A stretch of 64,000 nucleotides of DNA, from contig JAKMXF010000296.1 in assembly GCA_024704765.1 (NCBI GenBank), forward strand, positions 477,497 through 541,496, in the 5' to 3' direction. This DNA comes from Oopsacas minuta. Taxonomy: Eukaryota > Animalia > Porifera. Every line of letters begins with the position of its first letter. Positions within the stretch are counted from its first letter, which is position 1. Shown here piece after piece: positions 12,906-27,494 of this stretch. The position numbers and the translations under genes are program-made. The notes under the pieces were generated by a model that made no database searches, was not told the DNA's origin, and saw only the letters and a list, made by a program, of their open reading frames with translations.

Positions 12906-15900
12906 ATAGTTTGGAATAATTCGGGCATTATCGATTGGCCAAGTTATTGTGGGGATCCAAATACCCCTGTTTTCAAAATGAGTACATTTTCTGTATTTTT
13001 TGAAGTGATACACGCAAATAATCTAAGAGTCCTTTGGGTGCTTCTAAAAATCATGTATTATTTAGTCTATATGTCTAGCCTTTTATATTTTGCATAAATT
13101 CACTATCCACGTTAAGTTTCAGTATCTTTAATGGAAGGCCCGCAGACATGTATGAAGCGGATATTTCCACCAAATTTACAATCAATATTTTGGATAAATC
13201 TGAGAATAACTATCAACTCTAATACTTTCAATATACTCTAGATTTTCAATTATAATTACTTAAAGTTTAGAGTTATAATTCATGTCCACTATGATGAAAT
13301 GATTACATAGAATTGATTATGGACCCACAAGTTGTCATTTTGGCAATATTTTGCATTCTTATATATTCCCATAACTCAATGAGTTGAAGGCCCGCTAGCA
13401 CAAAAACCTTCTAGAATTAATATTTCAAATGTGTAGAATAGGAGTATGAAATCAAAATTGCAATATCTTTCATAAATTGTATTCATCTTTGCTAAATTTT
13501 TGACTCAGTTTAATACTATTTTCAATCATTTGTTTAGGTATAAGAATACCTTTAGTAGGCCAGTCTATCTGCATAAATAGACTCAGCTAGGCTAGCGGTG
13601 TCGAACAAGGGGCTGTCATACAATATTTATCCCCCAAAATACAATCTCCCCAGGTATATTATTACTGGAATTCCCTGAAGCAACGGCGCTTGTTCTTTTC
13701 ATTGTCATGTTTTCGTCCAAATGTTCTTTCATTTTTTGAAAATACATGAAATTTTGGGAAACTCAAGGAGTGAAATATTCACAATGCTTTTTCAGGGAAA
13801 TACGCCAACTAACAATTTATCCGCGATAAATACTTAAATAAACTTTCATCCCCTGGATATAATTTTGTATAATAGAATTTCCCCCGGATTAACTATTATA
13901 TTGTCATTATGCATTAAGTTCCGCACCAAGTAGTTATTGGCGAAAGTAGGAATCTCCAATCCTACTTGCAAGAAGCTAAGTCGGAATTAATGCATTGTGG
14001 AATTTTACTGGGTTTTATTTCCAATTGATTTCGACAATGATAATTTTCGAATTACTCGATAATGGATTTTCTGATTCTAATCTAAGATAATCAATCTCTT
14101 TAGAAAAGATTCTAACATGGTACCGCCGAGTAGGAATCTTACTTTCCAAAAATTCCTAATTGAGGCGGATGATTATGACTCCTAATAGTTTACTGGTGAA
14201 TATATTCTAAGATATCATTGTTTATCCGGGACCATATTCTACAATTTAATTATATATCCCATTTGATATTCTATTATATTATAATATATCCGAAGGATGT
14301 AACATTGTATAATATTTAATCTCCGCCGAATATATTTTTATATAACAATATATCCGAGGGATAATTTATTGTGGGCAAACATTACATGATAGTGTCACTT
14401 GATTGAGTTGGGACAAATTTGAGACTTGAATATTTCCACGTTCCTAACACATTCCTGAGATATCCATCCGTTGCTAGGGAATTTTTCACTTATTGGAAAT
14501 ATCAACTTTAAAACTCGATTAGTAATTAATCGTTTAAAAGGATTATTCTTGTTTAGTATATGCTTTTCTCCATACTAATTATTACGAATTCATGCCCGAA
14601 GCACCTGATTATTGAGTGTTCGGTGTTTGTTAGGTTTCACCAAAATTCTGATGTAAAATCGTCTAGTTGAAACCCGACCTTATGGCATGAGACTACGACA
14701 ATTGTATATTGTGAATAGTTCCTGAATCACACTAACCTTGCATTTGTCCAAAGTGAATGTATTACAGAAATGTTGAATTCCATCTATTTAGCAAAAGAAT
14801 ATCAAAATGTGTCAATTGTTTGCTTAGTATGCAATAATTATTTGACGAAATTGCTCAGTCATTAATGACATATATAACCTTCAATAGCTCATATTTGATG
14901 AATATAGTTCATATCCAGTAACTGGAACCCTCAGGGGAAATCAAAAGCTGTTCGAAATAGCGAATGTTCTAGTTAACTAATCCCATAGATACTAAAAGTA
15001 CAACGAAGGTGAAGCCAATATACGTTTAGATAATGAATGCTTGAGTTATTGGAAGTTGACTGTATACGCGGTCATCAAAAGAAAATTTGTGAACACACGT
15101 ATATACAATTGGTCATAAAATAGTTGGTATGTTGTGAGTTAACTTCTAGTAGTCACCATAGATGGCAGTTGTTTGTCAATATCCACCTATAAGTCATAAT
15201 CCATCAATGATATAACAAAAATCTCTATTGTCAATTATTTGTTTTCGCCAGAATTCACATACCTGTAATACATTTTGATTTGATATCTACAAGAGTTATA
15301 TTGTACACTCATCAAGAATGTCATTTATAGTAATATTCAAATTGCTTCCTATTCTTAAGAGATATGATATACACATTAATTATAGGGGTGTGGAAATTTT
15401 GGAATTAACAAAATGTTATTATTTCTCATATATCGTTGTGATGGCTTCAAAAATAACTGCCATCCATGATCACTACTGTAACTCAAAAACTTGTCAACTT
15501 TATGATGGCAAAATCTTAAATAATATATAACAAATCTCTTTAATTAAATTCTTTATTAACTTTGAAATCAAAGATATAATATTTAACGTTCTACATGTCA
15601 TCAATGATTAAAGTTTTGCCAAATAATACTACAGCCAGATTTGAATTTTTGGCTTTGTATGGAATTAAGACATCAAATTCTACATTTACAATTCATTATA
15701 AATAATCAAATAATTCGTACTATAGACTCGCAGTTTGAAATTTCATGTAATTTTGGACATGGTTGAAAAGGAACTGTATCCGAGAAACTACCACAGTATT
15801 AGACTATAATTTTGATTATATCAATATTATATATGAAGTTTTTTACAATGGAAAATCTTTCCATGTGTCCATAAATTACAAATCCCCATTAATTACATAT

Positions 15901-16842
15901 GTCTATAAATTAGAAATGTCCAAAAATTATAAATTTACTCAAATTTTCGAATTGATTTTCTATTGAGTCTGACTAATAACTATTTTCTAATAATCCATAA
16001 GACCATATGAATTTGTGCAATATTCAGCTTTTGTATGTGATATTATTCTATTTTCATACAATGGTGGTATTTGTGAGTATATTGATGTATTTATAGTAAT
16101 TTTCTTGTTGTGGCTGTCTAGATTTGTCTTCCTATCATCCACTTATGAAATTTTGACTGTACCAACTATATCTATTACATTGTATAGTAGCACAGTTCTA
16201 AAATTGTTGACTAAGTATACACGTATCTATATCCATATATATATATATCTTTTTGCTCTGCTGTTCGCACCTTTAGAGATATAGACACTAAATGTGGCAT
16301 GTATACTCGTACTGACCTCTAGTTGTGCATCTGACATTGGAAACATTCATCCCTTTTGACACCTTCTATATTGTTGCCAAATTTAATTTTAGGGTTTTCC
16401 AAATTAGCATAATGCATGAAATTATATCTGGTGGATTTTATGAAATTAATCAGCACAATGTAATGTTTTGGCATTTATTTAGACTGCGATTCTATTTCTC
16501 AATTCATTCTATTAAATGTATATACATTGATTTATCATATGATTAATCATATATTCGCACCATTTTGTGAACATTTTCAAATTTTCATAAATATTAGCTT
16601 TCACTCTTTAACAGGGGTAACCTTTACATAGAATTAAATTTTTTGACATTTTAATGTCTTACAAGATTGGTAAAATTCTATTTCTTTGCTAAAATGGATA
16701 TTTAGTAAATAATATAGTTCCAATAATGGGCTAAAATTAATTTGGAAAATCATAGTCTTGACAAACGGTGATTGAGATTTTATTTTTTAGTGTGTACACC
16801 TTTTGGTTGAATGAGTTGGCCCAAATTTATTGATGAATATAC

Positions 16843-16948
16843 CAGGGGCTTCGCCACCGGAGAGGGCATATGGGTAATGCCCCACCCTGGTAAAACTCGT
16901 GCTCTGGGGCATGCCTCCCCTAGATGAAAAATCCTAGCGACGTCCCTG
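16843..16948. mobile_element. Small hAT-like MITE
   Basis: Imperfect TIRs CAGGGGCTTCGCCA / TAGCGACGTCCCTG around a GC-rich 106-bp island; no TSD detectable. Confidence 0.5.
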
Positions 16949-19900
16949 AACTATGGCAGAAATTACGTCATAGTTAGATTTACAGTTATGCTACCGAATA
17001 ATTATTGATATTTGTAAATCTTCATTTTTTGATAGCACCTATTTCTCTGTGATTACCATTTGCTACACTGTGTGTATGTATATCCATGTTCGCGTCACAT
17101 CGGAATCGTATTATAATGTATTACAAGAGTGTTGGGAGTTGGTTTTGTCACTTTTGTGTGCATTTTGCCTGGCTGATTTGACTATAAATCTAGCGTCTAT
17201 CTATTTGAAGGGTGATATTTATCAAATTCATCACATCCATGGTATCAATATAACTTAAACCGTAATAATTTTATATTTGTGATCAGCCCTTCGGGACTCT
17301 CAGTTTTTTCATTCACTTGCTGATATGCAAACACATATGTATATATTTAGGCTTACATACATGCATACATATTAATTGCGTCTTAATAGTATTAATTATT
17401 TATGATTTTCCTAATTCTCTGTTCTTTAGGCTTATTTCTACATCTTTATTTTCTTAATACCTCCATTAAAACTCCCACGTTGAGATTGTGCGATCTGGAA
17501 ACTCGTGTAAGTTGATAATTTTGCCTTTGAATTAATATGCATTCCAATGACCCAACAACACTTACTACCCATTGCCCCCATAACCTAATTTTGTTCCATC
17601 AAAATTACACGATTATTCAATATCTACATCTGTACATATTTCGACAGTTAGCATTGGTGAAACCAAATTTAACTTCTCCAGGGTCACATTTCGTTAAATT
17701 TTCTCAATATTTGATCTTGTCAAATACTAGCTTTTGACCTTGCAATGCGAACTATTTTAGTTATGGGTATTGTAGCTAGCATTACTTCGGTTTTCAGCTT
17801 ACTATGGAATGTGCAGTGTTCTCCCTGGGAATTTTCGCTTCTATGGCCAATACAACTTCTGTTTTTGATATGTATTTTTCCTTCTATTATGCTACTCTCC
17901 AGATTTCGAAAATGCTTCACATTATCAAAAGTTCGGCCTTTGCTATTCCGAAGTGCAGAGACTGAAATTATCTCAAAAATGGTCCATCTTGTATTATCAA
18001 AAAGCCTTAATTGTACCCATTACTACTTTGCATATCAATTCCTTGTTCGTCCACCACGGGCACTTAAGGTATTAATAATACACAGGTGATTAGGTTTGCA
18101 CACAAAGTCATAGTCCGCCCATTTGTAGACCTCTCAGACCTAATGTACTCTGCATATGTCTAATGATTCCTGAGATACTAGCGATCAATATTATTTTGCA
18201 TGATTACTCACCCTGACCCCGGAGTCCATTGTTACCTACCTGATTTTGTTCCCGGTTTCCCCGAAAAAATCTCTCAAAATTTCTTGATTTGAAGATTATT
18301 ATTTTTGAAGAAAATGTGTCATATATTATTTTTCGTAGATTCCAGGGCAGTGCTGAAATGTTGTATAAATTATGATAGTTATCACTTATTTCACCAATTT
18401 TCATTTATACAATGTATCTTTTGCTCTTGGTCCTATCCTAATTGGCCTGACTTTTACGTTTTGAGCCCTCCTTAGAAAGACCGTAATGTATTTTGAGATT
18501 TTGGTTTTGCTGGCGACCGGGCTTGGCCCATCCTTTCAAAATGGGGAATTTCTTCTAGGGCAGTTTATATGCTGAATCGGACATACTCACTTCAAATATG
18601 TTATCAGCATCTCGAAGTTTCACTACTTTCTCTTTATAGCTCCATCTGCATCCAACAATATTCTATGGGGGGATATTCTATAGCCTAGATTATAATATCC
18701 TGTGTAATGAGCAATATTTTGAATGAAATGTTCACAATCGGGCTAAATACAATCAATTCAGTTCATCTCAATTTGGCTCACGTTCAGTTCATTTACCGGT
18801 TGTTCACTTTTCATTTTGTTGAAAGGTTACTTTGAGATTTTTTAATTTTAAAATTCTCACCAGCATATAAGTAAACTATAGCTTACTAAGCCTCACTACT
18901 GATTATTGATTCGTGACCAGGGATGTTCTTGTCGACCTTACCGAATTTGAACGATTATGTCACCTGTTTGATAAAACCATAATTACTATGCAGAGGGGCA
19001 GCCTGAGAATACTTATCTAGCCTAGTGATGGCTGATGGGTCCAATTTTCGGATGATTAGACTTGTAGTACCTTCCTTGGCGTGGTCTGTCATATCATGTT
19101 TCGTCGTTTGTTCTATCATAGTAGGTGTCTCACTGAATGTACATGATATTTACTTTTAAAACAAGGACGTACCGTTTATTTTAACTATTTCAAACTAGTC
19201 CAAAGCTGTGGAAGAAATTAGACCTAAATGCAACAGTGCTATTTATGGTTAGTTCCGTAGAATCCAATATAATGCACCTATTTCCTTTTTGGTCCTGCGA
19301 ATAAGATACTTCACCGGTTTCCTGTTAATATTAACCACTACGAGGGTTCACTGTCCAAAGTGGCTTAAATTGGGAATTCTATATTACTATTTCTTTTACT
19401 TTTGATTGATCATGTTTTTTGGCTAAATTGCTATTTTCCACACGTCCAACATAGATAACATACACTCAATTATCATATTGCAAGATTTATTACAGAAAAC
19501 GAAGAAAAGCATATTCACATTGTACAGCTGTTAGTTTTTACATAAGTCAGGTATTATTACGTCTCTCCAAATAATGTTCAATATTAGTTCATTAAATATG
19601 TACTAGAATTCGTATAAGACCAGGGCTTGCGACAGCCCATTTTGATTTGCGCACTTCTTTTCCTTTGTCAAAGTGTCTGCGCGTACCTATATTTTTTGGT
19701 AAAATCCGAAATTTACATTCAGTAATAATTGGTGTTTAGGTTTGCAGAAGTCACATTTATATTGTATATATGCGTGCGATGTCCTTATGAAATGTGATAT
19801 TTCTGAAGGTTGTAATGAGGGAATTTAATTTTGTAATATTTCTTTGCTTGTGTTGTTTTGGTTAGCAAAGAATGTCATATTAGCCATTCATTACTAAGGC

Positions 19901-20129
19901 CATTTCTCTACAAAGAGACATGAATACTGTATAAATAACCTGCCAGGAGATAGTATTTTCTGTAGTTATCACCAGATTTTTCCCATGCTCACATTTTCCA
20001 TTGTCATTCATTTTTACTGAAATGAAATTTGAGATTTTTATTATAACTTAAACGGTACCATTAACAGTGTTTATTATCAATTTAATTTGAGACTTCCACC
20101 CAAAGTTAAGTTGTTTGAAACATTCGGAA

Positions 20130-20532
20130 CAGGCTTGGACCGGGTCACGAATAAACCGGGTCACCGGGTCACGAATAAACCCGGTCACTATTTTCAATAA
20201 ATTTCCGGGTCTGAATCGGGTCACTGATTTTGACTTGACCCGGTTTATATCTTTATGGGTAATTAAATTATAACGGTTTGTAAATCATAAAGATTCAGTC
20301 AATATTAGTTACACGTTTCACTTTCATGAATCATTAGTATTTTTACTAAACTTGTTTGGTATCATTACTACCGTATACTTATATACATATATACTCTTAT
20401 GTACGTATATAGATAATGTAATATAGAAAATTAATGTTTTGAAAACCGGGTCAAATACCGAAACTGGGTCACCGGGTCGGAAATTTCAACCTGGCCTACC
20501 GGGTCAGGATATCATGACCCGGTCCAAGCCTG
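20130..20532. mobile_element. hAT MITE (403 bp) with subterminal CCGGGTCA repeats
   Basis: Perfect 18-bp TIR CAGGCTTGGACCGGGTCA; perfect 8-bp TSD ATTCGGAA (20122-20129, 20533-20540); many CCGGGTCA/TGACCCGG motifs near both ends. Confidence 0.95.
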
Positions 20533-21845
20533 ATTCGGAATATATCCCAAAATTTCTAAAATGTTATTTGGATCAGTACTATATCAATACATGTATCAGG
20601 TGATTATCGTGATCTCGTTAGAACACAATGTTGAGTTTTGACAACCAAGAAAAGCAGTTGTGGTCATTATTTTCTTATAAGTGAGTTCCTTAGAATGTTC
20701 TTACTTGAAATTGAGAGACAATCACTATTAATTAGTATGCTTTAGTTCGCCTTCTAATTCGTTGATTTAAAGAAATAATCATACTTATAGTTGCTATCTC
20801 AGGAATATATGAACGCTGAAACCTTACGAATTAATGTTTCCTTGCTTAGTTTATACTCCATTTCCGGAAGTGACTGCCATGCGTCTAACAAATGACAACT
20901 AGCGAAAGAAAAACACATTTTTCAACTGTGTAGACAATGGATAATTCAAACGAACATGTTTATGTGGGCATATGATTGCGTTTTGAAAGTTTTCAAAGTT
21001 TTAATTGAGGTTTTTAGTCAGAAGTGTGATTGCGAAATTTAGGGCAGCGTTGTTCATTCTGAATTGTCAAAGCAGCGATGGTAGATTTATGAACTACTAC
21101 CTAACCTGCTTGACGATTACGACCTCCAATAATTGATGGATTACATTACTTCATGGTCTAACTTACAACAAGTTTAGCCAAACTATCCCTCTCAGAATCA
21201 TATAGAATACGAAAAGAATCTTGACACATTTTCAAAGGAAATCGCATTTGTCAATAGAGATACAATTCAAATCAGGCTAAGAGAAGAGCTTACTATCACA
21301 TTGTTGATTTAACCAATCTTCGACGAAGTAGAAGTTAGCAGCTAATTCGAACTAAAAAGCGTGTTCACGTATAGCTAGAGAAAACAACTGTAATTTTTCA
21401 ATAATAAACCATTTGTGGATTACGAAAATGTGATAATAATTTTAAAATATGAGTGATGGCTTACCATCAATTTTTAGAATGTTTATAACATCAACTTTGG
21501 AGTGTATTTGACCATCTCTCAGTAATACTTATCTATTCCATTTACTTTATAGACTTTATAGCTGCATGTTTAATTAACTTTTTGTACGAATTCAGATTCA
21601 CATATAAATTTAAGTGCATTTAGGACGAAGAACCATTTATAACCTTAAGTCAACACTGGCCATGATCTATGACAATACAATGCTCTAGCGGTCCTAATCA
21701 ACGCCCCCGTGAATTCATTATCGAATATTGGCTAAATGTTTAACCAAACACATTTCCTGATAGTTTTCGTGAATATCCATACATATGCATTTTTATTAGT
21801 TAATTATACGGTAGTAAGTTCTTAGGTTATGTATTCAAAACTTTA

Positions 21846-23050
21846 CAGTGGAACTCTGATAAGACTTACTTTCGCTAAGTACTTACGCTGGAGCTTTGTG
21901 TTTTTGACAACATCTTGTGGTGGCCACCAGTTTTAATTGTCCTTGTAGATTTTGACTTCTTTGTATGGACTCATCAAATGATCATTTTTCGTTTCAACTT
22001 AATGCACCTGTCCATGAAGGGATCTACCTCAACATGAGATCAGTAAGCTTATCAGCAGTAATTTAACCCTCTGACACAGATTTGAAAGTAAAGAGGCAAA
22101 TTTGTATGCTCTTCATCAAATAGATCTTCATTCATCGTATTGGACAATAAGATCTCTTCTAATTCTACTTCAATCAGCTCTTCTGTATGAGTATTTACGA
22201 GCTCTTCCACTTCCGAAGCAGCGAGATCCTAGAATCCCTCTCTTCCAATATCATATGAAATCTGGATGATCGTTTCTATTCCCTCATAGATATCTGTTAA
22301 ACTATTTGGGGCTTGGACTACCTCTTCACAACTTATTTCAGATTGCGTTAATGATAAACGGTTACAATTAATTTAATGAATCTTTGATGTCTCTAATACA
22401 CTAAGCAGTATTGTAACTCTTCCAACAGTCGATTCCGAAGATAGAATCATTCTTCTCCATCATATTCAAGATTCGATTGAAAGACCGCTTTAGGTAATAA
22501 GACTTGAAAGTGGTCCAATGGCTGAGGGTGGGCAGTTGTATTTGGTGGTAATTATATTACTTTGACTTGATCATGGATAATTGTATGCGTGGGGGTGACT
22601 GGGAACGCCATCAAACGTCAATACCACGATAAAATCCATATTCTACTTTGTTAGGTATTTTCCTCAATGATAAGGGTATTGTGAAACCACCCATGAATAC
22701 ATTATACGTGACCTCAGCTTTCTTTCTTATTTCGTCTCCATATGACTGGTAACTTATATTTATCTTTATAATTTCTCTTTAGAGAACTGTACAACAGAAC
22801 TGACTTTATGATCAATGTCTCTAAGAATAGATATTTCAATGTATTGTGAAAGGCATTTAAGAATGTAATTGTAATCTTGAAACGTCATATTTTGTATAAC
22901 CCATAATTCTTTGAAGCCAATTGTTGATTTCATATCTTCTGACATGCCTGACGAATTGATACCAAAGTAATTACTTCAGTACATGATGCTTTGATGAGGT
23001 CTTTACTATAACATATTCATAATAAACACAATATGCTTTTGATGAAATAT
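21846..23050 (-). mobile_element. pogo/Tigger (CENP-B-like DDE_1) transposon remnant
   Basis: TA|CAGTGGAACTCTGATAAG terminus at 21844-21846. Minus-strand remnants 'W..NKK...GWFHN', 'VLTFDGVPSHP' and 'VILPPNTTAHPQPLD' (cf. LPPNTTSILQPMD). Heavily decayed; other end not found. Confidence 0.65.
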
Positions 23051-24004
23051 TTAAGGAACAAAAGTTTCAATCATCCAATACCATCTCAACTATAATTGCT
23101 TAATTGTAAGGCTTGTGAGCAATTTAGCCCCATGGGTTGTTGCTATCCCATAGAGTTAAAATAAAGTAATTTTGTGTGCTCACTGCTTCTCATCTCTTCA
23201 TCAATATCTGAATCTAAATGCCTTCAAAGTAAGTACATGTGATATCAATCAGGATCGGTTCATTTTTCAACTGTGGTTTCTCGGCTATCAGTAGCAATCC
23301 TTTTCATTATCTCTGGGTAAAATCAATTGAGGTGTTGTTATCTCTTGGATCTTGTTCAACTTACACCCATTGGTGAAGCATAACATAAATTTATGACCTG
23401 CATTTATGTCCGATATAATATTCGCTGTTTTTTTATTTGATTTTTCGTAATATATCAAAAGATTGCATTATAACAGTATACGTTTTTTGTATCCTCATTT
23501 AGTCATGGAACTTATCTTAAATGAGGTCAATCTCTCCTTACTAATACCATAAAACAATTCTCGTATATTTCTATATATATTGATCTACTCACAAAATAAT
23601 CCATGTTCAAATATCAAGAAAATCCACAATCACACGGTTTTGAATCTCGAACAACCTTGTTACTGTAAACCGTTTGCTTAATAGCTGGAGCTATTTATCA
23701 ATTATTCAGGAATTGAGAATGTATTATGCAATTCTTTTTGGTCAATTTTTCATGATACAAAATAGGCTGAATTGAACTTGGCCGAATTGTCTGTTAACTT
23801 CACTTACTTTTCCGAGGTGATATTAATTAATTTTCAATTATGAAATTGATGCGGATTTAATATGACTTTTCCAAAACAGGATCAATTTCTTTGAATTCTA
23901 CATGATACAGATTCAAGCTTTACGTACAAGCACGGAAACCTAGATACAAAACAGTATTACAGTGCTCGATAATCAAACCTAGGACTTAAGATAATGAGTG
24001 CTAG

Positions 24005-24320
24005 CATGCTGGCCATAATCTCGGGGTAATGGGTCATGGCTCCGTGACTCATGACCCATGACCCACTAGTACTTTCAATGTATTCTCCAGTTTAAATACG
24101 AATCATCATCATCATTATAAGATGATATACAATTATACATAGAAATATTTAACATATTTGGCAGAGTAACAAATACGTTTTTTGAGATATATCATATATT
24201 CTACACCCAGGACGCAAATACCATAATTGGCCTATAACGAATACTTGACAGCTCGATTCGTCAATTGGTCAATGGGTCTGGTGGCTCATGGGTCAGCAAT
24301 GTTGACCCATGGCCCACTCT
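24005..24320. mobile_element. Degenerate hAT-type MITE with GGGTCA/TGACCC subterminal motifs
   Basis: Clusters of ATGGGTCA/TGACCCAT at both ends; right end ...GACCCATGGCCCACTCTG; left end eroded. Confidence 0.4.
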
Positions 24321-24559
24321 GCCACCTACCACCCAAAAGTGGCTCTTTCATTTGTCGCCTAATTTATAGGCGTTGCCGTGCAGGCATTCGGTAGTGGAGA
24401 GCAATACCACCCAATATTACAGATCCTATGCTCACAAGTTACCTAAGAGTAATGTAAACTCTTAGTCTCAATTTTCACATCATCTTGAGCCTTTTCATAC
24501 TGCCAAATTGCGCATCCCACTCTCTTCTACTATAATATTATAAGAATAGTGAATAGATG

Positions 24560-26629
24560 AATTGACACATATATGATATATGTGAATCGTGTTGATATAG
24601 CCTGTGTAACTGAAACTTGGCTCCCTGGCGAAATCCCTTCTGTACCACTGCCATCGATGGTCACTTGTGAGAGGAGAAGCAGAGTTGATCGGAGAGGTGG
24701 CGTTGTCCTTATTTGCATCCATAATAGCATCCCATACCACAGAATTGAGAACTTAGAATGTGATATGTTCGAGTCACTTATGGATGCTTGTCAGGGGTGG
24801 GTGCATACCGCATAATCAAACATCCATGTAGGTTTTATATATCACCTTCCGGGCACTTGTGATCTTAACGCCACATATCATAAAACCCATTGATGACACA
24901 CTAGACACATACCCATTTGTGGGTGTTATGCTCCTCGGCGATTTTAATAGCGTACCGCCTGTGGAGCTATCCATTAAAACAGTTTGTCATGTCACAAACA
25001 CGGCATATAGCGATTTCAGACAAATTTCCAACATTGACAGTCTGCATGAAAAATCAACCGTTCTTTTGCTCCTCGAGCCTGTCTTATCACAATCTTGTCA
25101 TTTATTTACCACCTTCTTCACATAGGTTTACGCAGCTAAAACTGTAATATTGAATGTCCGAGTGATCAACTTGCATGAGATAATTTTCCGAAATGCTGTC
25201 TAAATTGGACTGGAACACATTGCACTCACAGCCATCGTTTGAGCAGAATTTTGAAGTTTCTAAAAGTCCATATCAGATCAAATATAAGATTATCTCCCAA
25301 CCATAGATGTCATGCGCAGCGTCATATATCTAATAAACCATGAGTTACAAACTATTCCCGTCAACACATTACTCAACGCCAACGAGCTATCCTTTCTGCA
25401 AATTTTATTGAATATCGTGCTCTACGCAACAAAATGATCAGTAATGCTAGTGCCATCCGCCTGTCTTACCTTCGTGGTAAACTGAGCTCTCTGCTTAATT
25501 GCGACCACGCCATTGGTACAAACTACCACCAGTCAAGGGAAAACTTCCTCCAACATTCATTCCATGGCTAAATATTGTGTGGTGGGGATTTCAGCATACT
25601 ACCTGTGAGGATAAACAGTTTTTTTGAATCATTTTGTGGGGATCTGGAGCCCTTGGGAGCGGGTATGGTGCCACAGTATTGCCCTGTTCCCCCAAACTAT
25701 ACTATCGACACTAACACCGTTTTATAGTTGCTTATTTGGATAGAATACACGAAGCTTTATGCCCTGACGATATCCTTGTTTGTATTCTCCGAAACAACTC
25801 TTTCACTTTACCCCATCCGGTTGTACTATCTTTTATGCATCCATCCTGGAGTATTATTGACCATCTATATGGAAATCCGCCAATGTCTTCCCCATCCCAA
25901 AGCATAACCGTCCGCCAGCTATTGATAAAGGTTTGAGACCAATTTCACTGACAGGCGTATGGCGAAACTATTAGAACGAATACTTAATAGGAAGATTGAT
26001 GCTCGACATCATTGCTGGCATGCTTGTTCAGAATCACTACCGGAGACTTAAAGGTCTATTCACCACCCTTGCAATCGTTTAAATCTTCCACACTTGGCTC
26101 CTTGCGGTAGAGGAAATGAAGGCCTCACAGGTGGGCCTATTGGACTACCGTAAGCCTTTTGATTATGTGGACCACACAATAGTAATCACAAAATGTGAAA
26201 CTTTGACCTCCCCTATCTTTTCTTTCGATGGTTATGTGCCTTTTTATCTAATTGGTCACAAAGGGTGAGGCTTGATCAGCAATTGTTCCCCTGGGTTTGT
26301 CTGATAGGAGTCTTTCCAACAAGGATCATGCCAGAGGCCCCTCCTCTTTATTTTACCCATAGTGATTTACACTCTCTATGTCCTCTGCACAAATATATGG
26401 ATTGTACCACCTTATAGGTGCAAGTCCAGAAGGGGAGCTTGAGCTCCATGCATACACTGATAGTCCTAACAGTTTCGTTGTCCACCGCGAGCAAATGATG
26501 CCAACATCAATAAATCATGGGATTTATTGTATCTTTCGCTAAACAACCCTCCTCCTATCTTGATCGAAGGGATGAATATAGAGGCGAAATTCCACCTATA
26601 TTTGTTCAAAAGCCTTTTAGCGTCTATAC
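24560..26629 (+). mobile_element. Non-LTR retrotransposon (CR1/L2-type) ORF2 remnant, 5' part
   Basis: APE endonuclease motifs 'DIACVTETWL', 'RRGGVV', 'LGDFN'. RT remnants 'LDYRKPFDYVDH' (~26140), PQGS-like (~26320) and 'KYMDCTT' (cf. YxDD, ~26395). Many frameshifts. Confidence 0.8.
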
Positions 26630-27494
26630 CAGTGGTTCTCAGACTTTTTCTCATTGCGTACCCCTCAAGCTGGATCTTGTGTGTGATGTACCCCTTAAAA
26701 TGGCCTGCATTGTAAATATTAGGTTTACAATTCCTTTTACCCAGTTGTGAAAAATAAAAGTGTTTTTTATTCTAGCAATATAAATAAAGTAGATAATTAA
26801 TTAGTGAGAAGGATGTGCTTGCATGTTGTGTATCAGGCTATCAATTCGTGGCACAGTTTTTGAAAGGGTCAGACGGAGATCACCTTCCACAGACAACCGC
26901 GCTCGAAATTTGTTTCTAATTAGTAATAGCGCTGAAAATCCTTGTTAACAAATTCCTCTTGGACTCTGTCTGGTATAGAACTTACATCGCATCTAAATGG
27001 ATTTCGAATCATTTTCATGTCCAGCTCGCTCAAGTCTGGGAGTAAGTTTAAAATTCATTTCGCATTGCTGAGAGGTGAGCCTTTACTAGAGCACCTATAC
27101 TTTGATCTGTAGTACCCTCTTCTCCAAGAGTTGCTAAGAGGCTTTCAAAAAAATCAAACTTTCCCACGGTTAACTTTGCTTCCCAGAGTTCTAACTTCAT
27201 AATAAATGCCTGAATCTTGTTCACACAATTAATCACGGTAGTATACCGTCCTTGGAGGGACTTGTTGAGCAAGTTGATCCGCGAGAAGATATCATTTAGG
27301 TAGGCGAGTTTTTTCAGCCATTCTTTCTCTGAGAGTTTGCCGAAGAATTCTTTTGACTTCTCTTTCCCATCTCGTTCAAAGAATTCAAGCAATTGGTTTT
27401 TCAGTGAATATACTCGAGAGAGCATGTTCCCTCGTGAGAGCCAACGAACTTCAGTATAGAACAGCAAATTCTGATGGTCAATATCTAATTCTTC

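Noticed and set aside
13609-14396. Possible old MITE with degenerate inverted ends
   Set aside because: TIR similarity is weak (about two thirds), with no TSD and no coding remnant I could assign.
15318-18404. Several 60-115 aa hydrophobic ORFs (15318, 16015, 17049, 17745 and others)
   Set aside because: Expected by chance in T-rich DNA; many start at non-ATG codons; no recognisable domains or consistent splice-site chain.
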